From Narcine bancroftii (taxonomy: Eukaryota), in contig NC_091473.1 of assembly GCF_036971445.1 (NCBI RefSeq), positions 248,930,001 to 248,994,000 of the forward strand: 64,000 nucleotides of DNA, written 5' to 3'. The notes beneath the pieces were generated by a model, which searched no databases, had not been told where the DNA came from, and saw nothing but the letters and a program-made list of their open reading frames with translations. The position numbers and the translations under genes are program-made. Below, piece by piece: positions 12,195-24,018 of this stretch (position 1 is the first letter of the stretch; the number at the start of each line of letters is the position of its first letter).

Positions 12195-12921
12195 TTAGTC
12201 AGGCTAAAGAGAATTTTGGCTTGCGGTGGATTTGAACTGCTTCGAAAGCACCGGAAACAACTTCAACAAGGGTGGTATGCCAAGCATAAGACATCCAAAT
12301 TATTCCAGGGCACTTTCGGGGTCAAAAGAATGCGTGCAGTGAATGTTTGGAGGAATACAACTATTCAATATTCAGTTCTGGAACTAATCTCAGGGGTTGG
12401 GTCTTTAAATGCAACTCTGCTTCACTGAGCGAGCTGATGAAAGGAGAGCTGTGGAAGCAAGCACGGCTCTAGAGATTATACCAACATCAATCCAGACACA
12501 TTTAAAAAGGAATGTGTGCTATTTAGCAGGAGTGATTGGAATTTTTAAAACCTAAAATATTTAACTAACAGTTGCCGTATACATTCGTCAATAGCACATG
12601 TGCCATTTTGTCGATAAAAGGGAAAAAGAAATGTGCTCACACATGAACAACTACGTGGAACTGACCTTGGCTTAGCTGTCAAATTCAATAGCTTTGTCAT
12701 CAATCATACTTCAGTGAATTCAGATTTTGATCAGTTGAGCACTGCAGTTGGCAAAGGCAGTTGAAGATCTACTCACCTGAAAAGCATCAAGCATACACAG
12801 GGCCTATTCTGTTCCAATGGACCTCAGTGAGGTGATGCAAACCCACGCCAATTACCTGTTGATATCTACTTATTTCACATTCAGTACCTGAATCCTTCAA
12901 GCATGAATCAAACATCCCTTT

Positions 12922-13314
12922 TAGATTTCAGCTTTATTGTCCGAGTACACACAATGACATCACATACCACCCTGAGATTCTTTTTCCTGCGGGACAGGCA
13001 GAATCACCACTTATTGGTCATGCAAAAAAAAAACTGTACACAATGTACAGATGTAAATCAAGTGACTGCAATACAAAGAGGAAAAGATCAATAAGGTAGG
13101 AGTCCTTAAATGAGTCCCTGATTGAGTTTGTGGTTGAGGAGTCTGATGGTGGAGGGGGATCAGCTGTTCCTGAACCTGGTGGTGTGAGTCTTGTGGCACT
13201 GAGACCTCTTTCCTGATGGCAGCAGCGAGAACAGAGCGTGTGTTGAGTGATATGGATCCCTGATGATTGCTGCTGCTCCAACAACAGCATCCCTGAAGAT
13301 GTTCTCGATGGTGG
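12922..13314 (-). mobile_element. Rex1/Babar LINE 3' fragment
   Basis: SLLPSGKR...RFRNS..PSTIRLLN motif and tail. Confidence 0.85.
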
Positions 13315-14359
13315 ATTAATCTCGGTTATAGATTAATCATTCTAACACACTTTTCCATTTTATAACAACTGGTCATCTTCATTCCCATGTAATCTGCTTC
13401 ATATGTGCATTCCTCTTTCATTACATCTAAGCCCGATTTTAACTAAAGCCAAGTCTGGAGTGGATCAAGTGATAGGCTTGGATCACCTTGAACAACCAAG
13501 CTCGTCTCCTGTCCAAATTCACATGGGCATGGCTTGGATTCACCTGCTTAGAACATAAGAACATAAGAAATATAAGCAGGAGTAGGACATTCAGCCTGTG
13601 AGCCAGGTCACCTTGTTCTTCCTGTGCACCAGAATATTGGACGTCCTTTTGAAGTAGATGACCATTGGAGAGAGAGGTTGAAACTGTTCACAAAAACTTC
13701 AGCCAGTTGTTTTACACAAGTTTGAACCTCATTCTTTACGTGGGGTAGTAACTTTGAACCAGTAAAAGCAAATATGCTGAATCAGGATGTCTGCAATTAA
13801 CCTTTGTTGGCTGCATAAATTATTCTGCCTGCAGCCTTGGCATTTGTCCAAGCTGGGTCTAATTAGCTTCAACAGTACCCTATAAAGTTTTCCATTCAAT
13901 TGTGACACATCTATGACAAGTTTCTCTCATAAGACCCACTGAGCTACAGAAAGAACCAGTGCCAAATTTAATGCACTTGTCTCACACACTGCTGCTCTCT
14001 GAAGCCAGAAGGATACCCCACTGTCACCTCACCAAGTTCAAATGCAAAACCACAGTATATTTATTTTGACCCCCTTCTTGTGGTGAAATAGTTGATTTCA
14101 GCTTGGGAGATGGCTAAGACATGATTTCAGAAGTACTCTACACCCATCCCCCAAAGCTCACGAACCTTTTATCTGGTCCTTGTCCTGCAACGTCTCTCCT
14201 ATATCATTCTTGTTTTCAAAATCTGTCCAGTCTTTTCTATTCTTAATCTATCATTGCTTCCAATTTCCAACCCTTTCAGCACTCCTAACCTCTCGCAGGA
14301 CCCTGATTGTAGTTGCTCATCCATTTCCTTCAGCTACCTCCCAAAACCTCAGTATCTCA

Positions 14360-15047
14360 CAGAGAATTATACAGGGCAAAAAGAGGCCCTTCAGCCCATC
14401 TCTTCCATGTAGACCAAGGTGTCTATCTGAGATCATTCCATTTGCCAGCATTTGGCCATTTTCTCTCTGAACCTTCCCAATCTATGAACCAATTGAAAAT
14501 GTCTTTTATTCTCTCTTTTTTTTAATCTTTGTAAACATTTTTGTCAGTGTGTTTTATAGAACTGGGAAAGTTCAGTAAGATTTTCATTGCCCCTGTACAT
14601 TGTACTAATCCATATGACAATAAATTATTCATTCATTCGTTCAAACATTGAAATTTTACCTGTCGATACCAATTCCCCCAGTAGCTGATTCTATCGACAA
14701 ACCAGACTCCATGTGAAAAGCTTGCCCCTCAGGTCCACTTGAAATCTTCCTCCTCTCACTTTCATCCTGTGCCCTTTAGTTGCAAGCCCCTTACCTTTGG
14801 GGGAAAGAAGTTTGACTCTCCACCTTATTCATGCCCTCCCCCACTATACTGTCACCCCTCAGCCTCCTTTGCTCAGGTGAAATCTTTCCCGGCCTACCAA
14901 GTCTTTCATAACTCGCGTCCTCCAGGCTGAGCCACATCTTTGTGAATCTATTTCTGCACTCTCTCTAGTTTAATCACACCCTTCCTTTGGTCTGGCAACC
15001 AGAACTGCCCATAATACCTCAAGCATGCTCTCACCAACATCCTGTAT
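14360..15047 (-). mobile_element. CR1 LINE 3' fragment, interrupted by an unrelated LINE tail at ~14525-14640
   Basis: Minus-strand CR1 motifs (QFWLP..RK; LE.ASYE.RL) and the cagggcaaaaagaggcccttcagcc tail signature. Confidence 0.7.
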
Positions 15048-15721
15048 GGAGTCTAATCATGAATTCCCAACTTTCTCCATAGTTGCCGTCTGTCCAGCTA
15101 AGTTTTCTCTGAAGTTTAAATTTGAATTGGCAATGTTATTGTGGTAGGTTAGCTACTCTATTGTTCTACATGAGAACACTGCAATATCTGAAAGGCAGCA
15201 TTCCAAGAAGGTTTTAGACTTAGAGATGCCGAGGGTGTTTGCAGAAAATAGAAGAACTTGGTGCATGCTTTGAAGAAGCCACAGGCTCCACGAAGTCACC
15301 AACGCAAAGCATCAGATGGCAGAAAATTCAGAAAATTGAATTCAATGTTGAAAAACTTGGGGAGGTTAAACCAGGCAAGGTAAATGATTGGATGCTTGAA
15401 AGGAGTGTGTGTCCATAGTTCCCTGAACAGAATTGTGCAAAGTGAAGATGGTTAATTAGGCATGTTGTTTGAGGCATGAAACACAACAGGAAGGTGACAC
15501 AGGAAAGGCTTAAAACAAATCTAGAGTTTGGCATAAACTGTCAGGTGGTGGATGGTAGCATGGAGATGGGACAGAGGCTGGGTGATATGTCTAAGTGAGA
15601 ACATTGTTGAAAAGCAGGAGAGGGCTCGAGACTCCATCAGATACATCCGTATATGTCCGCTTGCCAGACTCACACCTCCAGCCTCTGCTGCTATCTTTAC
15701 CCTTCCCTTCCCTACCTGACT

Positions 15722-16396
15722 CAGTTCCTTGGAGTTCACTTAAATAGTGGCCTATCATGGACACTCAACATCTCTTCACTTGTCAAGAAGGTGCAACAGC
15801 GACTGCACTTCCTGAGAAGATGGAAACAGGCAAGGCTACCAGCCACCATGACGTCAACCTTCTCTAGGAGTTCTATCGAGAGCATCCTGGCTGGCTACAT
15901 CACAGTGTGGTATGGTTGCTGCAGTGAAATGGATCAGAAGTCACAGCACCGTAAGAGTGGCAGAGAGGATCACTGGAGTCTCCCTATCTCCCATCGACAG
16001 GATCTACCGGGATCGTTGTCTGAAGAGGGCGTGCAAAATCAATACACTGAGCACCCCTTCCACCCTGCACACATCATCTTTCAGCTGCTCCCATCAGGGA
16101 AGAGATACAGGAGGATCAGAGCCAGAACCACCTGACTGAGGAACAGCTTCTTCCCACGGGCAGTGAGAACGCTGAATAACTGAAGGAACTGCTCGCACTG
16201 ACCATCCGAGACTCTCATATTCAAGAAGCAATATTTATTTATTTTTATAGATGAAATACTTGCCCTGCATATGTTTCATTTGTCTATATGTACGTTATCT
16301 CTGGTTGTGCACCTGCGTGTTTTTCACCAAGGACCAGAGAACACTGTTTCGTAGGGTTGTACTAATACACTCAGATGACAATAAACTTCACTTGAC
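15722..16396 (+). mobile_element. Rex1/Babar LINE 3' fragment
   Basis: FLGVHL...LVKKVQQRLHFLRR...IESILAGYITVWYG...FQLLPSGKRYRRIRARTT; tail gacaataaacttcacttga. Confidence 0.9.
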
Positions 16397-16602
16397 ATGC
16401 CAATCAGCCACTTCTCACCTGGATCCACCTATTGCTTGCCACCCATGGGCCCACATCTCTCCTCGTCCTCTTTATACTGTCTATCTGTCCTCTATTATTT
16501 CAGTCCACATGAAGGACCTCAGGTCAAAGCATCACCTGGTCATCTTCCCCAGATGCTGCCTGACCTACTGAGTTTCTTCAGCAGTTTGTTTTTTGCCCTA
16601 GA
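16397..16602 (+). mobile_element. Penelope-like 3' tail fragment
   Basis: atgaaggacctcaggtcaaagc (decayed hammerhead-like) followed by agatgctgcctgacctactgagtttcttcagca. Confidence 0.55.
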
Positions 16603-16939
16603 TTTCTTTCCCTTTTGATATACAGATCCACTCACCACATCACAGAAAGTTTGTGATAGTACGAGATTGAGAACAGAGCAGATTTATGAGGAGATTATCA
16701 ACTTAGGAGGTTGAGTTATGAAAAAGGATGAAATAGTCTAGTGTTGTTTTCTTCACAACAGAGATTGCAGAGGAATTTTAATCAAATGCTTACATTTTTA
16801 GTAACCTTAGCAGCATAAAATTTCCTGTAGCAGAAAGATAATAAATGGAGTAGGAAGATGTGAAGAATTTTTTTTCTCAGGCAAAGTATAATGGTGAAAG
16901 GATGATGGAAGCAGAAATAATTATCGCCTTTAAAAAAGT

Positions 16940-17645
16940 GCAACCCACGGAGAGCAGGGAGCGGAGTCATAGCACTCCTGCGGGATCCAACAGCCCAGTT
17001 CACCTGCTGTCAGCTCCATACGGGCTTTAAAAGGCCTGTAAATATAGCCGACTGTGGCTTTATTTAAAAATACTGCAACCAGGGTTTCTGCTGCACCTGG
17101 CAGCAGCCACAAGGGGTTGCAGACAGTGGGGCACCAGACAACGGGGAGACTGCCACCTGTTTAAGAAGGAGAAGCAGAGGAGATGGCCCCACGGGCCAGT
17201 GACCACAGCGGCGGACTAGTGAAGGGCTCTGAGGCTGAAGAACACACAGGCAGTGGGCTGCTGGCGACTCGAGGCCAGGAACCCCTGCAAGCTGTGGGCT
17301 GCTGGCAACTAAGGTCAAGGGATTCACACCGGGCTGCGGACTGCTGGCTCAAGACTGACTGAAGGGGTACTAGGTATGGGATGCGAGGGGGTACTGAAGG
17401 GTTCCTGATCATGTCAGAAGTTCATACCTGGAGCTCGAGCTGCTGATGGTTTAGGCTGAAGTCTTTGTGGCTGCAGGGGCTTCACTGGAGGTGAATCGAT
17501 GGACATTTAGTAACTCTGAGGGAACTTTCTTTTGCTTCAGGCACATTCTGCCAAAGATGAATATGTCTCCCTTACAGCAGATGAAAAGTAAATTTGTGCA
17601 ATATTGCACTCTCTTTATTACATGACAATAAGTTCAATCTTGAAC
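16940..17645 (+). mobile_element. Non-autonomous LINE-tailed element, family B copy 2
   Basis: Homologous to 9100-9802; ends catgacaataagttcaatcttga. Confidence 0.6.
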
Positions 17646-18084
17646 CTATAGATCCAGAGGTCAAGAGAATCACACAAAAATCAGGAGGAACTCAGGGGTC
17701 AGGCAGTATCCATGGAAGGTAATAGGTAATTGACATTTCAGGCTTAGGCCCTTCACCGGGAACCTTCCTCCAGCATTCTTACATATTTCCCAGTTTTATA
17801 GCATCTGCAGTCTCTCTTGTTTACCAGGATTCAAGGGATGGGTAATAGATTCAGTCCAAACAGCTTTTTACCAGCTACAGTGAACACCTACGCTTCCTAA
17901 TTTAATTCTGTCAGTGTATTGCCTTCTTCCTTATATGATTATTAGGCTTGCTCTGAACTTTTCATCTCAAATTCTATTCACTGGTGCAAATTCCATAAAC
18001 ATTTATGTTTTGGTAAATAAATCCCTTCTTAATTTTCAATTGGATTACTTCAGTTTAGATTTCTACTTTTGCTCGTGGCTATAA

Positions 18085-18300
18085 GGTGGTACAGTTAGTG
18101 TAGTTACAGCATCGGTGATCAGAACAGAGGTTCGAATCCCGCGGTTTGTAAGGAGTTGTATGTTCTCCCTGTGTCAGTGTGGGTTTTCCTGGGGGGGGGG
18201 GGGGTGGGAGCTTCAGTTTCCTCCTACCATTCAAAACATACCGGGATTGCAGGTCATTTGGATGGATTTGGGGTGCATGGGCTATTACGTGGTGTATGTA
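18085..18300 (+). mobile_element. tRNA-derived SINE
   Basis: ggtggtacagttagtgtag...ggttcgaatccc...gttctccctgtgtc core. Confidence 0.8.
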
Positions 18301-18354
18301 ATGTTTTTTAATTTAAAGGGCAGCAGGGTTAGCTCAACACTGTTATAGCAACAG

Positions 18355-19013
18355 TATGGAACTAGATAAAATAGGGGAGATGGTACTTTATCAGTGGGAT
18401 GAAAAGCTGGTACAATATAAAAGCTCACCAGTATTGTATCATTTACTTAATATATGGAAGAAGATCCACTTAGAAAGGAAAAAAAATGAATTACCAAATA
18501 CCAAAATTATTATTGACACAAAATCCGCTAATCCCTTTTACAATAGATAACCTTTCCTTTAGAGAATGGGAGAGAAAAGGAGTCAAAAGAATAGAAAATT
18601 GTTTTTTGGGAAATAATTTATTAACATTTTAACTGTTGAAGTACAAATATGGAATAACTCATGGTACAATGTTTGCATATCATCAACTGAAAGCTTATTT
18701 AAAGAATAAATTGGAAAACAGATTGAAATTACCACAAGGAAGCAGCTTTGAATATGTGATTACAGACACAATGATAATTAAAAGATTTATAACGAACATG
18801 TACATTAAGATGCAAGATAAGGAAAATGATGAAATAAACTATAAACCTAAGCAGAAGTGGGAAAAGGATTTAAACATAAAGATAAAAAATGAAGCATGGG
18901 AAAAGTTATGTTCTGGAACTATGAAGAATACAATAAACACAAGGTTACGCATGATACAGTATAATTGTTACACAGGTTATATATTACTCCTCAAATATTA
19001 AAAGAATGGGATC
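18355..19013 (+). mobile_element. L1/Tx1-like LINE ORF2 3' region, left part (split by the Gypsy element)
   Basis: Decayed ORF2 (KQKWEKDLNIKIKNEAWEKLC...INTRLRMIQYN); rejoins 22329 across the GGATC TSD. Confidence 0.85.
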
Positions 19014-19188
19014 TGTCACATAAGTGGCCCGAAATGTGAAGTTAATAAAACATTAAACACAAGTTTATCAGGTAAACTTCTTAGTGTCTTTTATTCTCCG
19101 GTTTCCTTTGTTCTCCTGCTTGTGTTCTTATCTCTCTCTCATACCACGTGACTTCCGGTACATCTCATACATATTCATTATCATGACA
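19014..19188 (-). repeat. 3' LTR of the Gypsy element
   Basis: tgtcaca...catgaca; 172/175 identical to 22154-22328. Confidence 0.97.
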
Positions 19189-19200
19189 TCCCTCCTTTAA
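19189..19200 (-). promoter_or_regulatory. Polypurine tract
   Basis: Minus strand ttaaaggaggga immediately precedes the 3' LTR. Confidence 0.85.
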
Positions 19201-19366
19201 TCAGAAATAAACTTTACCTTCACTTACCAATATCCCTCGGAAACATACAAACATTGTAACTATTGGTAATACTATAACTCAACTACATAAAATTTACTTC
19301 CTACAGCACTCATACATGCACTTTATGATATAAGATTAAAATACTGTCCCAAAGTTCTTATTAAAA

Positions 19367-20905
19367 CTATGGCACAAAGTCTTTGCATCGTTTGGGCGCT
19401 TTCCGGTTTCGTTTCGGCCTGCCTGCGATATTGTCGTCGCTTCTCGGTTGTTTACTCTCGGCGTCGGAAATACTGCTCGCCACGGCTTCGGGTGTTTCTG
19501 GCGCTCTAGTCACTTCATCAGGAGTGCTGGTAACTGCCTCTGGAACATCATCACGTCTCTCAGTTTCAGCATCTCGTATTGGCCTTTCAACCTCTTCACT
19601 TGATATATCTCTGGACTGGTACCTTTTTACACCTGAGACATTTCTCTTATACAGGACTCCAGTCGGAGACTTGACTGTCACCATACTGCCACTTCTGGAT
19701 ACGACAGTATAGGGTTGATGGTAATAAGGTGTGTCTAGCTTACCACCAGTTTCATGCCTCACTAGAACATTATCTCCTGGCATGATGTCTGAATACTTGG
19801 CTCCACGTTTCGAATCTGTGTACAGCTTTGCTGCACCTTTCTTTTCAGCATCGTGGTCTCTCATCTCCTGGTCGTCTCGGATTTCCTTTATTTCTGGCAT
19901 TTTTGTGCGGATTTTTCTCCCAAAAAATGCTTCTGCAGGACTTTTTCCAGTGGTTGCATGAGGCGTTGCTCGATAGACAGCCACATAAGATAGCAATGCT
20001 TCTCGCCAATTTTGTCCTTCTGCGTGTGCAATCCTCAATCGTTTTTCAATGGACTGATTTTGTCTCTCTACTTCTCCATTGGCTTGCGGCCATTTCGGAG
20101 TTACTTTATGATGGTGGATACCTGTGGTCCTCATGTATTCCGCAAATGTCTCTGAAATGAATTGTGGACCATTGTCAGAGTATAATGTAACAGGTAATCC
20201 ATATCTTGCGAATATCTCTGCTAACGCTTGTATTGTTTTTTCAGTGGTTGTGGACTTCAACACCATGTACTCATAGTATCTGCTGTAGTAATCTATCACT
20301 ACCATAATTGATTCACCCGTCGGTAAAGGTCCAAGAAAATCAACAGCTACGTCGATCCATGGTCCTGTCGGAAGTTGCGTACTCCGGATTGGTTCTGGCG
20401 GATTACTCCTACTTGTGATTTGACATCCGTGACAAGTTTTAACAAATCTCTCTGCATCTTTATCACAACTTGGCCACCATACCTTGGTTCTGAGGTTTTG
20501 CTTGGTACCAACAATGCCTAGGTGTCCTTCATGCGCTAAGGATACGATCTTCGGTCTCAATCTTTGTGGTATCACCAATCTGCAACCTCTCAATACACAC
20601 TGTCCGATGCAAAAAAGTTTGTCTCTAATGGGAATGTAAGCCTTGTGAGTACACTTGTCCCATTGTCCACTCTGTATGCATTCTCTTACTTCCATAAGTT
20701 CTGGATCACATTCGGATTCTCTCTCGACTTCCTTTGTAGTCACAGCTTTCGGTGTCGCCTGAATAGCTACGAAGCGTACAAAGCTCTCTGTTTCTGTTCC
20801 CAATTCTGACTTGGATTGTGGACCTCCATCCTTCACCAATCTGGACCATAAACTCTGCTTTAGTGTACTTATCTCCAGCTTCAACAGTTGCAGTAAAACA
20901 TCCAA
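19367..20905 (-). CDS. Gypsy integrase ORF (512 aa), intact
   Basis: HHCC (AHEGHLG...KTCHGCQ), D (VAVDFLGP), D (SDNGPQF), E (NGEVERQN); the first ~20 codons are out-of-frame protease sequence fused at SRL, the end of RNase H. Confidence 0.93.
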   Translation of the reverse strand: MDVLLQLLKLEISTLKQSLWSRLVKDGGPQSKSELGTETESFVRFVAIQATPKAVTTKEVERESECDPELMEVRECIQSGQWDKCTHKAYIPIRDKLFCIGQCVLRGCRLVIPQRLRPKIVSLAHEGHLGIVGTKQNLRTKVWWPSCDKDAERFVKTCHGCQITSRSNPPEPIRSTQLPTGPWIDVAVDFLGPLPTGESIMVVIDYYSRYYEYMVLKSTTTEKTIQALAEIFARYGLPVTLYSDNGPQFISETFAEYMRTTGIHHHKVTPKWPQANGEVERQNQSIEKRLRIAHAEGQNWREALLSYVAVYRATPHATTGKSPAEAFFGRKIRTKMPEIKEIRDDQEMRDHDAEKKGAAKLYTDSKRGAKYSDIMPGDNVLVRHETGGKLDTPYYHQPYTVVSRSGSMVTVKSPTGVLYKRNVSGVKRYQSRDISSEEVERPIRDAETERRDDVPEAVTSTPDEVTRAPETPEAVASSISDAESKQPRSDDNIAGRPKRNRKAPKRCKDFVP

Positions 20906-21075
20906 TGGTCTGCAATGGCTTGGTTGCTGTGTATGGATACAGTTTCTTGGAACACTTCTTTGAGGTACAGATGATCTTTTTCCTTTTCAACTTCTCCCAT
21001 AAATGTCGATCAATCACATTACTGTCACTACAATGACCTGCACTGTCACTCCACCGATGATCACTGGGACCTTCT
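20846..21075 (-). pseudogene. Aspartic protease remnant lacking the catalytic D-S/T-G
   Basis: VPVIIGGVTVQVIV, a frameshift where DSG is expected, then SNVIDRHLWEKL...TIGCFTATVEAG. Confidence 0.75.
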
Positions 21076-22023
21076 CATGATGTACCTCATTCAACGTAAA
21101 TTGGTAACAACTCTGTTCCTCCTGGGTATCATCATCGTCACCGTCTATCTGGCGAATGGTATCTTTCTTTCCAGGATACTTTCCTTTCCCCCAGACTTTG
21201 CCTTTGGAAGTTGTACTCTTCCTCTTCTGGTCTGCATTGGACTTGCTTTTGCACTTCTTTGCAAAATGGTCCTTACCTCCACACTTTCTGCAAACTTTGC
21301 CTTTGGCCGGGCAATATGGGTCTTTTCCAAAGTGACTTCGGTTTCCACATCGATAACACTCCACGTCCTGTGTCGACGAATATCTTGGCTGATTATGGCA
21401 ATGTGAGAGCCTCTTAATTTGCTGGCTTGAGTTGCCTTTCAGGGTCATGGTATGAAATTGCCCTTCAACAGCCTCTAATGCAGCAGCAATGGTTAAAGCA
21501 TCGGTGAGTTCCAACTCACTCCCTCTTTCCAGTAGACGTCTTCTGAGTTTATCTGATCTGCAGTGCTGTACGACTTGATCCAATAATTGGTTGTCCAAAT
21601 CAGCTGGCATGTAATTGCATCCAACAGCTAGCTGGCGTAGTCTCGTCACGTACTGAGCAATTGTCTGGCCCTCTTCTTGTCTCGTTCGCTGAAACAAATG
21701 GCGTTGAAATGTAGCATTCGGTGTCACTACATAATGTGCATTTAATGCATCTACCGCTTTCTGGTACTCATCCTTTCTTCCAGTATTCAAAAGTGTCTTC
21801 AATGTTTCCCGAACTGAGGTCCTGCAGTGAAAAGAAGTAACGCCCTTCTCTGTGCTTTTTGTTCAACTGTACCGGTATGTAGAAATAGGCCATGACTGTC
21901 GGCATAGGATTCAAATTCTTCCAGCCATGCCTTCCACTTCACACTTACAGTGCTTGCATCACCCGTTGGGTCAAAATGAGCAATTCCACTATGTGTTAGA
22001 AAGTAACTGTCTGCACCAGCCAT
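21076..22023 (-). pseudogene. gag, frameshifted
   Basis: KWKAWLEEFESY...LLFTAGPQ, frameshift near 21815, then QEEGQTIAQYVTRLRQLA, CYRCGNRSHFGKDPYC and CRKCGGKDHFAKKC. Confidence 0.9.
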
Positions 22024-22139
22024 GAGGAAATATTCCAGCCCCAAAAGTACTGAGTCACAGAGAAAATTCTTATCACCTTGAAGTTGTCTGTAAACCTCTG
22101 TAATCTTGTTTAGTCTTTCATTTTCTTCAAGCTTCTTTC

Positions 22140-22152
22140 ATCCTCGTCGCCA
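22140..22152 (-). promoter_or_regulatory. Primer-binding site, tRNA-Ser(GCT)-type
   Basis: Minus strand TGGCGACGAGGAT next to the 5' LTR, complementary to the ...ATCCTCGTCGCCA 3' end of vertebrate tRNA-Ser(GCT). Confidence 0.85.
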
Positions 22153-22153
22153 A

Positions 22154-22328
22154 TGTCACATTTGTGGTCCGAAATGTGAAGTTAATAAAACATTAAACAC
22201 AAGTTTATCAGGTAAACTTCTTAGTGTCTTTTATTCTCCGGTTTCCTTTGTTCTCCTGCTTGTGTTCTTATCTCTCTCTCATACCACGTGACTTCCGGTA
22301 CATCTCATACATATTCATTATCATGACA
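22154..22328 (-). repeat. 5' LTR of the Gypsy element
   Basis: Direct repeat of 19014-19188. Confidence 0.97.
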
Positions 22329-23045
22329 GGATCCAACATTATTGGATAGATGTTTTCGTTGTAAGAAGGAAATGGGAACACAGAACATGCAATTTGGGCA
22401 TGTACAAAAGTGAATATGTTTTGGGAAGAACTAAATCAGATATTAAATAAAATCACAAAATATAACATACCAAAAAATCCAGAGATCTTTCTTTTAAGTC
22501 ACATAAGAAGTAGGGAATTAGGTCTCAAATTGGATAAAGCACAAAAAAGATTCATTATGATAGCCTTAGCAGTAGCAAAAAAATGTAATATGTCAACTTA
22601 GAAAATGGAAGAGAGCATGAGAATACATCAATGGTACATGGAAATGAATAAATGTATTCTATTGGAAAAAATAACATATAATTTAAAAAATAAAGTCACA
22701 TTGTTTAAACAAATTTGGGAACCATACATGAAACATAACAGAGAGAGCTTGCCTCAGACTTCCATCACCTAAAATGATAAGACAAAACGACTTGATTCAG
22801 TGTATAAAAATAGATGACACATTTTTCGTTTATTTTCCTTTGTGTGAAGATATTGTTTAATGGTTTTATTGTATTGTATATGTTGAATATTTATGGGTTT
22901 TGGAGGGGGTTGGGAAGAGGGGAGGGAGAGAAAGGGGGAAAAACAGGAGAAAATGCCACTGTGTAAATTTAATGAGAAACGTTTGTACATATTTTGGATG
23001 ATATGGTTCACAGTATGAAAAATTTTTAAAATTAGAAAAAAAAAA
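22329..23045 (+). mobile_element. L1/Tx1-like LINE 3' end, right part, with poly(A)
   Basis: DRCFRCKKEMGT..HAIWAC..V.MFW zinc-knuckle region, IWEPYM end, 3' UTR with G-rich tract, A-tail at ~23036-23045. Confidence 0.85.
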
Positions 23046-23669
23046 TTACGTCCAAAAGAGGCATGCATTTGAAAACAAAAGAAATGCAAAATTGTTAAAA
23101 AAAAGAAACATATAATTGGATAGCTTCTTCAAAAGAACCAATAAAGACAACTGATTGAAAAGCCAAAAAAAAAAATCTGACGTGCATATAGGTAGTCGAT
23201 CAGCTCATTTCTATTAGAATTTACTGATATGCCATTAACTATTTTTAAACTTTCATTATGTAAGGAAACAAGGCTTAGTCTGATGCAAAAGCTTATGAAT
23301 TTTGTAATCATGTATGCCTCTAGTCTGATCTTAGTTTAGAATACATGAGGTTTCTCGCCTGTGATGTGATTGAGGAACTAATATACAGGATACACTTTTA
23401 GAAGAGCAGTAATGGAAATTATGTTTATCTAATGGCTTGATCTAACTAAATAATTCACTGCTGCAAGCCCATACCCAACTGAATAATGTTGTTCCCTCAT
23501 CCACTGCTGAATAATGTGCTCCATTACGGCTACTTCTAACTGAATGTTTCTCCAAATCTATATCCCGCTAAATAATGAGATTCTCAAGTTTGATACCCAA
23601 ATAAATAATATTCTCCTCTGAGCCTGAAAGAGTTGCCAAGTTTAATTCTTGACAGTTATTTTTTCCTAG

Positions 23670-23838
23670 ATTCAAGTTTAAAGAGTGGCCTTTGGAATGA
23701 CATGCCCTCTGCTCATGAATCATTTCTGCTCCAGAGTAATAAAGGAAAAGCAAAAGCATCAACCACTTCCCCCCAAAAAGTGCAAATGTGTGATGTAACA
23801 CAAATGTGGGTTGATTATACAATGTCTGACAGAATAAA
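23670..23838 (+). other. Candidate exon (unidentified; coding or lncRNA)
   Basis: ttattttttcctag acceptor and AA|gtaagt donor; one open frame (SSLKSGLWNDMPSAHES...DYTMSDRI). Confidence 0.3.
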
Positions 23839-24018
23839 GTAAGTGAATAATAAATCTGTGGGCTTGTGATTAAAAAAAAAACAATCAGTGTTTCTTGATA
23901 GATGCCAACACCAGACACCTCGAATTCTGCAAAGCTTTGCAACTGCAAACGGTTGCTGCAGCAATATTTACATACTCACATTTGTTCAGGAGTTTGATGA
24001 AGGTAGAGCTGACCATTT

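Larger units (their letters stand above)
19014..22328 (-). mobile_element. Gypsy/Ty3 (Mag-like) LTR retrotransposon, internally deleted (no RT/RNase H)
   Basis: 175-bp LTRs, 5-bp TSD GGATC (19009-19013, 22329-22333), PBS, PPT, gag with two CCHC knuckles, HHCC-DDE integrase. Confidence 0.97.

Noticed and set aside
18191-18205. Poly-G/C runs (also ~30536-30551 and ~60989-61000) as functional G-quadruplex sites
   Set aside because: They are homopolymer expansions inside TE copies, and their lengths may be sequencing-dependent
19367-20905. Domesticated integrase host gene (GIN-like)
   Set aside because: It lies between near-identical LTRs with PBS, PPT and TSD, so it belongs to a recent retrotransposon
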